Of a stretch of DNA of 64,000 bases, positions 38,510 through 48,331 are shown piece after piece. This DNA is from a virus (lineage: Duplodnaviria; Caudoviricetes). The stretch's first letter is position 1. Each line of letters opens with the position of its first letter. Below the pieces are notes generated by a model. It was not told the DNA's origin. It saw only the letters and a program-made list of their open reading frames with translations, and made no database searches. Both the position numbers and the translations under genes were made by a program. The stretch lies in the IMG/VR virus record IMGVR_UViG_3300019742_000001. One strand, 5' to 3'.

Positions 38510-39689
38510 AACCTGTCTCTCTAACCATATCGGCTATTGGACCTCTTGATTTGTTTCCACCAAGGACAACATGTCCATAGTTAGGTTGTCCTTTGAATAA
38601 TCTAACCATCCAATTCAATCCATTATTCTCTGCATTCAAATGAATATTATCAATCTGTCGTACATCTCCTGTACAAATAACTTTTACATTATCCCCCATA
38701 CGAGAAAGAACCGTTCTCATTTCATCTCGTCCAAGGTTCTGAACCTCATCAATCAACACAATTGCATCATCAATGTTCATACCCCGTAAAAAGTTTATAG
38801 GTAACATTTCAACTGCCTTATGATTCAGTTCCAACTTGTTTGTCTCTACATCTTCCCATGCTCTGTTAGCTGGTCTAAGATCGTGTAATTTTTCCATTAA
38901 ATCCTGAATAGGTCTAAAATATGGATACATTTTATCACTGACATCTCCGGGTAAGAACCCAAGTTCATTACCTATTTCGATGTTTGCTTTAAATATAAAA
39001 ATCTTCTTGTATTTCTTTTTTTCAAATACCTGATCAAACATTGATGCTAGTGTGATAAAGGTCTTACCGAATCCTGCCTCTGATTGTATCGTCACTAAAT
39101 CAATCTCTGGGTCTGTAATTAGTTCTATGGCGGCTTTCTGATACTGTGTCCTTGGTGATACCTTCCATACAGTATTTTCGCCAACTGCTGACTCCTCTCC
39201 ATACTTGTTATTGAAATATAGTTTCCCTTCATTCCAATAAAAACAGTTCTTTTCTAATTGTTCTCCCTCATCAACATTAACAAACCCCGTATATCGTTGT
39301 GATTCTGATTGAAATGGGTTACTATCTCTAAACTCTTCTGATTCAATACCTAATTTCTGTGCCTTAAATCTTAGAAGATTATCGTTTGTAACAAAGATAG
39401 CATCTGTAATCTTATCTTGGTTTGATTGGATCTCTCGTAGAATCGAATTATCGGGTGATTCGTGTTTTACCCCGTTATGTATAATTGTTACGTATTCAAA
39501 ATTTTCTCTGATTACATTTATTGCTCTTGTAACTTGATGTCTTTTCTTTTGGTTTCCTTTTAGTTTATCTAACTCTTCTATAACAGTAGCAGGAATGTAT
39601 ATATTGTTCTCTTCTCCATTCCTTAAAATTTCAATGCAATTTTCATTATCCAGTAACACGTTAGTGTCAAGAACGTAATTTTTTTTCAT
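38505..39689 (-). CDS. phoH: PIN-domain PhoH-family ATPase (PhoH2/YlaK-like)
   Basis: N-terminal YVLDTNVLL...VIEELD PIN motif; AGFGKT, ELGFLPG, RGMNI, DEVQN, GDVRQID and SRGPI motifs. Confidence 0.93.
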   Translation of the reverse strand: MKKNYVLDTNVLLDNENCIEILRNGEENNIYIPATVIEELDKLKGNQKKRHQVTRAINVIRENFEYVTIIHNGVKHESPDNSILREIQSNQDKITDAIFVTNDNLLRFKAQKLGIESEEFRDSNPFQSESQRYTGFVNVDEGEQLEKNCFYWNEGKLYFNNKYGEESAVGENTVWKVSPRTQYQKAAIELITDPEIDLVTIQSEAGFGKTFITLASMFDQVFEKKKYKKIFIFKANIEIGNELGFLPGDVSDKMYPYFRPIQDLMEKLHDLRPANRAWEDVETNKLELNHKAVEMLPINFLRGMNIDDAIVLIDEVQNLGRDEMRTVLSRMGDNVKVICTGDVRQIDNIHLNAENNGLNWMVRLFKGQPNYGHVVLGGNKSRGPIADMVRETGL

Positions 39690-39725
39690 ATTAGGGAAAC
39701 TCCTGTATTTTTTAATTTTTATATC

Positions 39726-40310
39726 TTATTCACTTGTTTCTGTACTATCATCGATGGGATCATCAATGGTTTCCACACACACCTCCCTTTGTATTTCATC
39801 AGCGTGAATCATATCCAACAGATCTTCTCTGGTCATAACCATTACAGTATTATTTGTATCTGTACCTGTTCCTGAAACTCTACTCCCAGCTTTCTCTGCG
39901 GCTAATGCGGCTTTGACAGCCACTTCTTTTTCCTTTACTTCTACCATCTTCATATTGTATTCATGTTTCCATAATCCAAACGATGAGTTTTGTACGGATG
40001 TTGCTGCTGATGTGATTGAATTGATTAATTGACCACACACTTCATACATTCGTGCGTTCGTCTCACCACCATTAAGAATAGCGTTCTGTGCGGTGTCTAA
40101 TAGGGTGTTGGCTCTCTCAATATTTGTTAAGAGTATGATATCAGGGTCTTGATCTTTTTGACCTCTTATAACCTCTGCCAGTTGATTTCTCATATCCCTT
40201 ATTTCTTGGATTTGTTGTTCGTTCTCTTCTGTTGTATCTATATCAAATTCTTGTTCAAGTATATTTGTGTTTACTTGTGAATTAGCTCTGTCTTCATCAT
40301 ACTGAGACAT
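39726..40310 (-). CDS. gp16: Terminase small subunit gp16-like
   Basis: ARMYEVCGQLI and NNTVMVMTREDLLDMI resemble T4-like gp16; start moved to ATG 40310 (SD AGGAG). Confidence 0.78.
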   Translation of the reverse strand: MSQYDEDRANSQVNTNILEQEFDIDTTEENEQQIQEIRDMRNQLAEVIRGQKDQDPDIILLTNIERANTLLDTAQNAILNGGETNARMYEVCGQLINSITSAATSVQNSSFGLWKHEYNMKMVEVKEKEVAVKAALAAEKAGSRVSGTGTDTNNTVMVMTREDLLDMIHADEIQREVCVETIDDPIDDSTETSE

Positions 40311-40445
40311 ATATTTTATTCTCCTGTTTACATATTTATTGGAATGATTTAGACTAAGGTTATTAACCGCCGAGGGTAATATGATATATACTACTACACT
40401 ATCTGTACCAAGTTTCATCCCTATACATTTTATTTCTTCTAATTG

Positions 40446-40452
40446 TATTTAT
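40446..40452 (-). promoter_or_regulatory. Late promoter ATAAATA upstream of terS
   Basis: Intergenic tatttat. Confidence 0.5.
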
Positions 40453-40472
40453 GTATTTTATATAGAAGATAG

Positions 40473-40512
40473 AAGAAATATTTACACTGGTTTCTTAGTG
40501 TAAATATTTCTT
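40473..40512. repeat. Perfect 16-bp inverted repeat with 8-nt loop
   Basis: aagaaatatttacact ggtttctt agtgtaaatatttctt. Confidence 0.9.
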
Positions 40513-40532
40513 TATCCGTAGGATGATTATAC

Positions 40533-40561
40533 TTGTAATGGTTAAACCTATTTGATATAAT
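40533..40561 (+). promoter_or_regulatory. Host sigma70-type promoter
   Basis: TTGTAA, 17-nt spacer, TATAAT with extended -10 TG; upstream of the + strand gene. Confidence 0.75.
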
Positions 40562-40599
40562 CTTTTTGTTGGTTGACAAAACCCTTGAAAGGATAACTT

Positions 40600-40863
40600 A
40601 TGAAAACTGTAACAAAGAAGTTTTTATCAGATGACAATCACGGATGGCTTTCAGTTAAGAAGAAAGAGTTGTTTGATTTAGGTATTTCACAAGAGATTAG
40701 TGGATGGTCATATATGAAAGGTCAATCAGTTTACTTGGAAGAGGATGCTGATGCTGATATTTACATTAAAGCCCAAAGAAGTATTGGGGTCACTGTGTTG
40801 ATCATTCGTGGTAAACAATATAAGACTTCTCCAATTCGTAAATATTCAGGATATAGTGTATAA
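40600..40863 (+). CDS. Small hypothetical protein; the only convincing + strand gene
   Basis: SD AAGGA, sigma70 promoter, terminator right after the stop; HGWLxV...SY...YLEED motif of a type I recall from phage hypothetical proteins. Confidence 0.85.
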   Translation: MKTVTKKFLSDDNHGWLSVKKKELFDLGISQEISGWSYMKGQSVYLEEDADADIYIKAQRSIGVTVLIIRGKQYKTSPIRKYSGYSV

Positions 40864-40893
40864 AAAAAGGGATACACAATTAAGTGTATCCCT
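40862..40893 (-). terminator. Rho-independent terminator of gp23 (probably bidirectional)
   Basis: agggatacac aattaa gtgtatccct with a 7-nt U-run on the minus strand. Confidence 0.9.
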
Positions 40894-40919
40894 AAATTTA
40901 ACTTATATCAACTTACCGA

Positions 40920-42215
40920 CTAAGGTAGGTTTTGTGCCGCTACATTGATGTAGTAGTTTTCAGCACCAAAGATGTGTTGATGAATTGCATAACGACTCAT
41001 CAAACCAACTGTTGGGTTGAAACTATCCTCAAACACAGCCTTGGAAACCAATAACTGAATGTAAGGAAGATAGATGATACCAGTATCATACTCACTTGGG
41101 CCTTTGTAACCAATTACAACATCATCTTTAGTTGCGAAAGTGTCACGATAAACAGTCATACGACCATCAAGTGAACCAATTTTAGCAACACCAGTTACAG
41201 CCGCAGTTACGTCAGTAGCAACTGGTTGGATTGTAAATGAAGATGTTGTTTCAAGTGCTGCACAAATACTAGGTGCGGAAACAACAAAGTTACCAGCTCC
41301 ACGACGAGTGTCAACTGCGATACGGTTAGCCTTACGAATCAAGAGGTTGTAGAAGTTACGATATTTCTCAGCTTCCCAACGACCATCAGCAGTAGCATAA
41401 TCCCATGTAGTTGAAGAAGCGTTATTAGCAGATACACTTCTCATTGTGTTGATAAGTTCACGGTCAATCTCTGCAGTGATTTCATATGCAAGAACGTCCA
41501 TCATTTCTTCTTCAAGATCAAGACCATGCATTGCTTTCAAATCCTGTGCAACCTCAAGTGACCAACGGCTTCTCAACTTACGAGTACCTGCTTCAACTTG
41601 AGCTTTTTCAACTGTCATGCTTAGTTCTTTGATTTGTTTACCACTACCGATACCCAAACCACGATCACCAACACCCTCACCAGCTTGACCTTGTTGTAGA
41701 TACCCATCAGCCGAAGTTGATGCTGCGGTATTAGAACCAAGTTCTTCACCAGAAATTGTATCCATAGCACGACTGTCTTGGTTATCACCAGTGTAATAAG
41801 GATCAATTGTGTTGTAACCTACTTCTGATCCAGTTTGACCAGCATACTCTTGGTCAGCACGGAAACGGAGTGCAAATGCAAGACCAACAGGACCAGTCAT
41901 TGGCTGAACACCGACGATATCATGAGCGATTAACTCAGGAAATGTACGACGAACCATTGGGATTGCAATTTTGTGAAATTCTGCATTGGAGTGATAGTTA
42001 CCACTACCTGCATATTGATCATTACCAGCGTCAGGTGCGATGGTACCACCGATGCTTGATGTTTCGTTCATGCTTGGAGTCTTACCAGTTAAATAGTTCA
42101 TCTGGTTTTCAAGCATAACCGCTGTTGCTCTTTTTACTTTGCGATTGGTAATTTCCTCACCTTCACAAAGAATTTCATCCCACTTAGTTGTGAGATTTTC
42201 TACGTATTTACTCAT
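40920..42215 (-). CDS. gp23: Major capsid protein gp23
   Basis: RRTFPELIAHDIVGVQPMTGPVGLAFALR, RKLRSRWSLEVAQDLKAMHGLD, YLPY and SRYA motifs. Confidence 0.99.
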   Translation of the reverse strand: MSKYVENLTTKWDEILCEGEEITNRKVKRATAVMLENQMNYLTGKTPSMNETSSIGGTIAPDAGNDQYAGSGNYHSNAEFHKIAIPMVRRTFPELIAHDIVGVQPMTGPVGLAFALRFRADQEYAGQTGSEVGYNTIDPYYTGDNQDSRAMDTISGEELGSNTAASTSADGYLQQGQAGEGVGDRGLGIGSGKQIKELSMTVEKAQVEAGTRKLRSRWSLEVAQDLKAMHGLDLEEEMMDVLAYEITAEIDRELINTMRSVSANNASSTTWDYATADGRWEAEKYRNFYNLLIRKANRIAVDTRRGAGNFVVSAPSICAALETTSSFTIQPVATDVTAAVTGVAKIGSLDGRMTVYRDTFATKDDVVIGYKGPSEYDTGIIYLPYIQLLVSKAVFEDSFNPTVGLMSRYAIHQHIFGAENYYINVAAQNLP

Positions 42216-42242
42216 TAGAATATTCCTCCTATTTTATTATGA

Positions 42243-43040
42243 TTAATCAAACTTGTTTTCACGAATCATTCTTTTCCATTCTTTCATCATTGGACTAGAA
42301 CTCTCGCTAACTACTTGTGTTTCTTCTTCCGTAACAACTTCTGTAACCGAAGTTTGTGTTTCTTCTTCATTGATAATAGTTGATGTCTCGGTATCAACAT
42401 CAGACTCAGCAATAACTTCTGAGGTTTCTGAACTAATTGATTCAAGAACAACATCAAATTTCTTTTCAATTTCTTCTTGACTTGAACCTTCAAGAATATT
42501 CATTACATTAGTTTTCTGACTTTCGGTTAGACCATCACACTTCTTACGGAGTAAAATATGTGTTGCCATTTCCTTAGCATCTTGTTCAAGTTGTAGTTTG
42601 GCACCAGTTGCCTCATTAACTTGATCACGTAATGATTGAATTTCACTTTTAGCTTCTTTCAACATACCTTTAACTTCTGTATCAAGTAGCCCTTCATCAA
42701 TTGCAAGACGAACTTTGAATTGGTCAATGAGGTCTTCATATAATTCACCCAAACGAGCATATCGTACGATTTTCTCAGGAATAACCATTTCTTCTTCCAG
42801 AATACTATCAACAAAGTTTGAAAATTTGGATGTTACATCCTCTTTATAATCCTCAAATTTTGTTTCAAATTCTTCTACAAGCTTTTCCTTCTCTACAACT
42901 AATTGTTCATCTACTTTACTTCCAACAAGTTCTTGTGACTTGGTTTCGATAATAGTAGTAAGCATTTCCTTGATTTCTGTTTGTTTGGATTCATCGATCT
43001 TCCCCACACCCAGCATTTCAAGAACCTTTTCAATATCCAT
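42243..43040 (-). CDS. gp22: Prohead core scaffold gp22
   Basis: Acidic coiled-coil between gp21 and gp23; start moved to ATG 43040 (SD AGGAGG). Confidence 0.88.
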   Translation of the reverse strand: MDIEKVLEMLGVGKIDESKQTEIKEMLTTIIETKSQELVGSKVDEQLVVEKEKLVEEFETKFEDYKEDVTSKFSNFVDSILEEEMVIPEKIVRYARLGELYEDLIDQFKVRLAIDEGLLDTEVKGMLKEAKSEIQSLRDQVNEATGAKLQLEQDAKEMATHILLRKKCDGLTESQKTNVMNILEGSSQEEIEKKFDVVLESISSETSEVIAESDVDTETSTIINEEETQTSVTEVVTEEETQVVSESSSPMMKEWKRMIRENKFD

Positions 43041-43171
43041 TCTGTGTTCCTCCTTCACTTTATTTTTAGGCAGTAAAACCTTTTTCTTACATATATTTAG
43101 CAATATATTAAGTCATTTGCACCGACTATGAATATTACCTTTAATATCAACAGTTTATAATTGCGCGTTTC

Positions 43172-43801
43172 TTACAAGTTCTTCATTATTTTTTGGATAT
43201 TTTCCATAATGTAATTGTAATACTCATCTTTTGCGTCACTCTCTGACATTATTTGTGAAACTTCATCTTTAACTTCTTGTTCAACATCTGAACCTAATTC
43301 CCAAGTCTTTCCTTCAAAAATGCCGTTAACCCACGACGGACCATTTGATGGATCTGTTACTAAATCCCATGTAAGTAAATTATAATCTTCGTTAACAGTA
43401 CCGTCTTCCGATACAGTTCCAAGACCTCTTGAAGAAATACCAATCATCCCTTCTTTGACAAGAGTCTTTGCGATCTTACCTTGTGGTGTATCTAATATTT
43501 TTGCTTTCCCGTACAAGTCTTTCCCGTTCCATTCCAGTGATTCAACTTTGATGGCGATTTTGTCTGGATTAACTTCTGGGTTAGGTGGATGACCTAATTC
43601 ACCCCACAGACATTTCTTTTCGATCTTTTCCATGATCTTGTCAACTTCACGTTTCATTGTAGATTCTTCGTACACACGGTTGTTATTGTTACGTCTATCG
43701 TATGAGGAGAAGATACCAGTTACATACAGATCTCCTCCCTTACTAGATTCGTTAATTTCAATGTCGTGTGAACATTCTGTAATCAATAATCCTTTCTTCA
43801 T
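43172..43801 (-). CDS. gp21: Prohead protease gp21
   Basis: NNNRVYE, GELGHP, GISSRGLG and WDLVTDPS motifs; start probably ATG 43801. Confidence 0.96.
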   Translation of the reverse strand: MKKGLLITECSHDIEINESSKGGDLYVTGIFSSYDRRNNNNRVYEESTMKREVDKIMEKIEKKCLWGELGHPPNPEVNPDKIAIKVESLEWNGKDLYGKAKILDTPQGKIAKTLVKEGMIGISSRGLGTVSEDGTVNEDYNLLTWDLVTDPSNGPSWVNGIFEGKTWELGSDVEQEVKDEVSQIMSESDAKDEYYNYIMENIQKIMKNL

Positions 43802-43817
43802 TTTATTCACTCCCTAT

Positions 43818-44036
43818 TTATTCAGAGTCTCCTTCACCACCACCATCAACCTCAGTTTCGGTTTCAGTTGGTGTTTCTGTTGGAGGATCTAAATCTCGTT
43901 GTAAGTCTAGTTTCTCTTTAAAGTAATCGGTGACAGCACCGTGTATCTCTTGTTTTAGTGTATCCTTGGCACTTAAAAAATCATCATTTTCAAAATCATC
44001 CAAAGCACTCTTAATTTTTTTATCATCTACTGGCAT
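43818..44036 (-). CDS. Small acidic prohead core protein (gp67/gp68 position)
   Basis: 72 aa, acidic, between portal and protease; SD AGGAG. Confidence 0.65.
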   Translation of the reverse strand: MPVDDKKIKSALDDFENDDFLSAKDTLKQEIHGAVTDYFKEKLDLQRDLDPPTETPTETETEVDGGGEGDSE

Positions 44037-44068
44037 TTCACATTCTCCTTGTCACATATTTAATTTAT

Positions 44069-45643
44069 TTAAAATCCGAACCCACCCTCATCATCAGGTA
44101 ACAATTCTTTGTCTTTCTTAAATCCTTCAGCATTCGCTTGAATATCATCATCAGTCCATTTCAAGAACTTCTTTTGTAAATAGTATTTAGAAAATTCTTC
44201 ATTATTTGATAATGAATTGTAGTTATTAAAACTTGTTTCTAATAATCCTTGTCTCATATGATCCCTGTATTGATTAGGGGATGTCATTGTCATACGCAAT
44301 TTATCTTCATCAAGTCCGTATTGTTTCTTTAATCCTTTTAAATCCAAGTGAACTAAGAACATATTTAACAGTTCCCAACAGAATCTTGTTTGTTGTCTCT
44401 CAAGAAACTTAGCCCATTTGATTTCATCACGGGTTATTTCTCCCATTTGACCTGATCCAAAGAGTATGTCACCCTCTGTACGGTCTTGTAATGATGATAC
44501 CCTTGACATAGGATACTTCAACGCCTTATACATCTTACGTTGGAAATAATACAAGTCATCCAATTCAGCAAAACCAGATGGGTTACCACCAACAGAATCA
44601 ACCTGTGAACCACGACCATCAGCAGACTGAGGCAAGAAAAAGTTTTCTAGTATTGAGAACACTTCTGGATCGTGTGTCAATTTACCTGTCTGTGAATCAT
44701 ATGTTTGTTTCTTGGTAAACTTCTGTTTAATTTTTTCTACATACTTCATTGCCTTATCCTTAGGCATATTTCCAGTATCAATACGGAATACAAACCTTTC
44801 AGGGGCACGAATCATTCTGTAAATAACGACAGATGTTTCTAACAATCTCAGATTATTATATGGTTGTTTAACCTTCTCTAAGTAACCAAGAAAGTCACGT
44901 TTCGTGTCACCTTGATATCCATAGTGAACTAATGATATTTGGTCAGGATAAAAGACAATAATATTAGGGTCTTTCTTCGCATCCTCAACTGTAGGTGGTT
45001 TTTGTCTTGGCTTTAATGACAAATACTGGTAATATGCCAGTGTATTGCCCGTCATAGGGTCATATTCAAAATCCATAGTTTCACATGGTAATTTCTTAAT
45101 ATCTATGATACCTTGTTTTGGTCTGTTCTTATTAATAACGTGTTCAAAATAAACCTTACCATCAACAAAATAACTGTACATCAAATCCCACATTTTCCAT
45201 TTGATCTTTAGTTTTTTGTAGAATAGTTCATTAAACTCATGGTGAATATTTTTTGCAATATTGGAATTAGATGATAGTTCGTCATCAGTAATTTCAAGTT
45301 TTAATAGTTTTCCTTCGTAATCTTCTTGTGTTGACTCCATAGTGGCATCTTCAATAACATCAGAAACCTCTGGATACTGAGACATTTCACGGTAATATTT
45401 GAGTCGATCCAATTCACTTTGGAACGATTGATTAACGTATGTCTTATAGAAATTATTAAACCCAAGGGAGTTGTACTGTCCCTGTAAAAGAAAGTCAATG
45501 TCCTCAAGACCTTCACCTTGTTTCGCTTTCTTTGTGGTTTCACGTTCCTTTTTTGGTCTAAATGATTCAATGTGCTCGTCAATCCTTTTCATAGGTTGTT
45601 CGTACATTTCACCTAAACCGAACCATTTTCTTTTCTTTTCCAT
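44069..45643 (-). CDS. gp20: Portal protein gp20
   Basis: IYRMIRAPERFVFRIDTGNMPKDKA, ENFFLP...GRGSQV and RDEIKWAKF motifs. Confidence 0.98.
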   Translation of the reverse strand: MEKKRKWFGLGEMYEQPMKRIDEHIESFRPKKERETTKKAKQGEGLEDIDFLLQGQYNSLGFNNFYKTYVNQSFQSELDRLKYYREMSQYPEVSDVIEDATMESTQEDYEGKLLKLEITDDELSSNSNIAKNIHHEFNELFYKKLKIKWKMWDLMYSYFVDGKVYFEHVINKNRPKQGIIDIKKLPCETMDFEYDPMTGNTLAYYQYLSLKPRQKPPTVEDAKKDPNIIVFYPDQISLVHYGYQGDTKRDFLGYLEKVKQPYNNLRLLETSVVIYRMIRAPERFVFRIDTGNMPKDKAMKYVEKIKQKFTKKQTYDSQTGKLTHDPEVFSILENFFLPQSADGRGSQVDSVGGNPSGFAELDDLYYFQRKMYKALKYPMSRVSSLQDRTEGDILFGSGQMGEITRDEIKWAKFLERQQTRFCWELLNMFLVHLDLKGLKKQYGLDEDKLRMTMTSPNQYRDHMRQGLLETSFNNYNSLSNNEEFSKYYLQKKFLKWTDDDIQANAEGFKKDKELLPDDEGGFGF

Positions 45644-45667
45644 ATAATCTCCAAGTGTATTCTCTAT

Positions 45668-45675
45668 TATTTATA
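45668..45675 (-). promoter_or_regulatory. Late promoter TATAAATA upstream of portal
   Basis: Exact consensus 24 nt before the portal ATG. Confidence 0.8.
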
Positions 45676-46225
45676 TATTTTCTACTGGTATTCTTTCCTT
45701 TCCGAAAAAAAGATCTATTCCTTCCCTCGTTAGTAGTTGTTTATATACAAAAAAGTTTTCATTAAAAGGGAAACAAAAACTAGAAATGTTAATGTTATGG
45801 GAACGGAAACTGTTCATCATACACTCACATTCATCTTTCGCTTTATTGTAACCATCCACAACCTTTTTATATTTTATTTTTGGATGGGTGTGACTGTGAC
45901 CACCTATGAAACAATTATCTGTGTTATATAGTTCTTTGATCTGTGACCATTTCATATAATTTGATCTGTCGTTATCTTCTCTATATCGTCTGTGTGATTC
46001 GGAACAAGAAACAACATCTTTATTCTGTTCTATATATAATGGACATACGATATCCGTGGTAATAAAAAAATATAATGGCTTGTTATATTTTAAAAAGTGT
46101 GAGATATTAGTATACTGAGAGTAGAGTCCATCGTCAAATGTGATGATATCAAAATCCGACAAATCTTTTGATAAAACATCATCGGTCACCTCATGTATCA
46201 TTACAACTTTTAACATATCCTCCAC
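45671..46225 (-). CDS. Polysaccharide deacetylase (NodB-type)
   Basis: ITFDDG, FITT and IGGHSHTH motifs. Confidence 0.88.
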   Translation of the reverse strand: MEDMLKVVMIHEVTDDVLSKDLSDFDIITFDDGLYSQYTNISHFLKYNKPLYFFITTDIVCPLYIEQNKDVVSCSESHRRYREDNDRSNYMKWSQIKELYNTDNCFIGGHSHTHPKIKYKKVVDGYNKAKDECECMMNSFRSHNINISSFCFPFNENFFVYKQLLTREGIDLFFGKERIPVENI

Positions 46226-46836
46226 ACATCCCTCAATAATTCAATATAACCTATTCCATATAATATACCGTCACCACGATTAACATTCCTTATACCAATA
46301 AGAGAATTTGGTTTATACCCATCATCACACAACTCAGTTTGATATAAACAACACATTTCAATTTTCTCATTAATCACCCCTGTTATATCAACAGCAATAT
46401 TGAATGTATCATCACCTGAACTACAAGGTATCTTAAATTCTTGTAAAACTTTAACATTAGATTTATAAGGTCTACATGCGATACGAGTTGCTTTTGATGT
46501 TATAACATGATCTTGGTGTATATCACTAATACTATTTGTTATAACTCTTTCTGGTTCAAACTTATCAATTTCTTCTTTAATTTGATCTGATAATACATGC
46601 AATGGTTTATCAGGTAACGATAAATCATCGTAACCCAATACACTACAACTACACCCCAATTTATTCATGTTATTCATAAAAGATGTCTGTCGTTCTATCT
46701 TATTTTCAATATCCCTTCCGTTACAAATGGATAACACCTTCACTTGTGTTGGATCTTCTTGACACAATCTTATAAGTGTCCCACCTAATCCAAATGACTC
46801 ATCATCCATGTGTGATACCACTACTAAAGTTTTCAT
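46210..46836 (-). CDS. PIG-L/LmbE-family deacetylase
   Basis: SHMDDESFGLGGTL and DIHQDH motifs. Confidence 0.9.
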   Translation of the reverse strand: MKTLVVVSHMDDESFGLGGTLIRLCQEDPTQVKVLSICNGRDIENKIERQTSFMNNMNKLGCSCSVLGYDDLSLPDKPLHVLSDQIKEEIDKFEPERVITNSISDIHQDHVITSKATRIACRPYKSNVKVLQEFKIPCSSGDDTFNIAVDITGVINEKIEMCCLYQTELCDDGYKPNSLIGIRNVNRGDGILYGIGYIELLRDVWRIC

Positions 46837-47750
46837 ATGTTTTTAAAAATATCCTCTAAACTATATTTACATTCATAATATTGTTTAATCTTGTTGGTGT
46901 TGGGATACCTGACGAATATCTCACCGAAGTTTTCATGAGTGGTCGGTTCGTATCGTATACTTGATTTCGATTCTAGTGTTCCAATACAAATATCAGCCAG
47001 TTCTTTTATGGTACACTTATTTTTGTCGTTACCGATATTATAGATCTCACCATCATGTTTTTTGTCAATAAGAATTTTTAACATATCAACAGCATCCCGT
47101 ATGTCACAGAAACTCCTAATCTGTGTACCAGAACCATTAATTATTAAATCAGATCCTCTTTTTGCACTCCGTACAAACCTTGGTACCACATGACCGTAAT
47201 ATGGTAGTTGTGTTGGACCTACTATATTAAAGAACCTTACGATGGTGCTAGGGAATGTATAAGACCGAATCATAAACTCTGACATGAGTTTAGAACACGC
47301 ATAACCACCTCTAATTTTATATGGTGATAATATCTCTAACTTGTCTGTCTCCACAGAACCACTAACAAACTTTGTCTCACCGTAAACCTCTGATGTACTT
47401 GCGAAAATTACCTTCTTCTGGTACAATTCAAATAAAGGAAATAAATGATTACTGATATTTATGTTGTTTTGTAATGTGATATTTGGATTTGATTGTATCA
47501 AATCAACACCTATACTTGCTGCAAAATGATATACAAGATCACACTCTTGTATTAACCGTTCTGCTTCAATATTAGAATAATCAGAAGTGTCACCTAAATG
47601 TATATTGTGACATTTGATACAAGGATCAATGTTTGACTGTTCACCTGTGGAAAAATTATCTATTAATACAACATCATGTCCATCATCCAATAGTGATTTT
47701 GATAATGAACTTCCAATAAACCCAGCACCACCAGTAATAAGTATTTTCAT
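46833..47750 (-). CDS. NAD-dependent nucleotide-sugar epimerase/dehydratase (extended SDR)
   Basis: ITGGAGFIGS, ASTSEVYG, YACSK, RFFNIVGP and QIRSFCDIRD motifs. Confidence 0.93.
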   Translation of the reverse strand: MKILITGGAGFIGSSLSKSLLDDGHDVVLIDNFSTGEQSNIDPCIKCHNIHLGDTSDYSNIEAERLIQECDLVYHFAASIGVDLIQSNPNITLQNNINISNHLFPLFELYQKKVIFASTSEVYGETKFVSGSVETDKLEILSPYKIRGGYACSKLMSEFMIRSYTFPSTIVRFFNIVGPTQLPYYGHVVPRFVRSAKRGSDLIINGSGTQIRSFCDIRDAVDMLKILIDKKHDGEIYNIGNDKNKCTIKELADICIGTLESKSSIRYEPTTHENFGEIFVRYPNTNKIKQYYECKYSLEDIFKNI

Positions 47751-48316
47751 TTAATATATCTTTCCTTTATTTGAGATATTGTATTTTTACTGTAATCACC
47801 AGTATACTGTAATGTACCGTATTCGTCAATATTAGATAAGAACCATTTTTTGAAAACTTCTATGTCTATATATTCAATCTCGTTTTCATAATCATTGATA
47901 TCAACTTCATTCATTCTTAATTGTTTCATAAGACCTTTTGTTCTTTTCTCCCCATAAACTCTAGGGATACGATAGATCAAATGGTTGTCAGTAAGACCTT
48001 GTATATAACGTTCAAAGAATAATTTGTATATACCATAATCATTATCTGGATGTTCTGCTGCCTCTGAGCTGGCGAATATAAATTTCGCATCGTTATATAT
48101 GGATTGTTTGAGTATTGATATACTATAATTAACCATAGAAAATGCCATGTTACTCTTATTTTCAAATTCATACTTATCATTGGGGCTAGCAAAATGTATT
48201 ACAGTGTCAATGTTGTAATATTGTTTACCGAAATCATAGTGTATAATTTCTCCTTCCAATTCATCAAGACAATGTGATAGAAGGAACCCTTTTTCACCAG
48301 AAACTAAATATCTCAT
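47747..48316 (-). CDS. Short, degenerate SDR epimerase/reductase
   Basis: LVSGEKGFL, FASS, YGIYK and YRIPRVYG motifs; only 189 aa. Confidence 0.72.
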   Translation of the reverse strand: MRYLVSGEKGFLLSHCLDELEGEIIHYDFGKQYYNIDTVIHFASPNDKYEFENKSNMAFSMVNYSISILKQSIYNDAKFIFASSEAAEHPDNDYGIYKLFFERYIQGLTDNHLIYRIPRVYGEKRTKGLMKQLRMNEVDINDYENEIEYIDIEVFKKWFLSNIDEYGTLQYTGDYSKNTISQIKERYIK

Positions 48317-48331
48317 ATATACTCCGACGCA

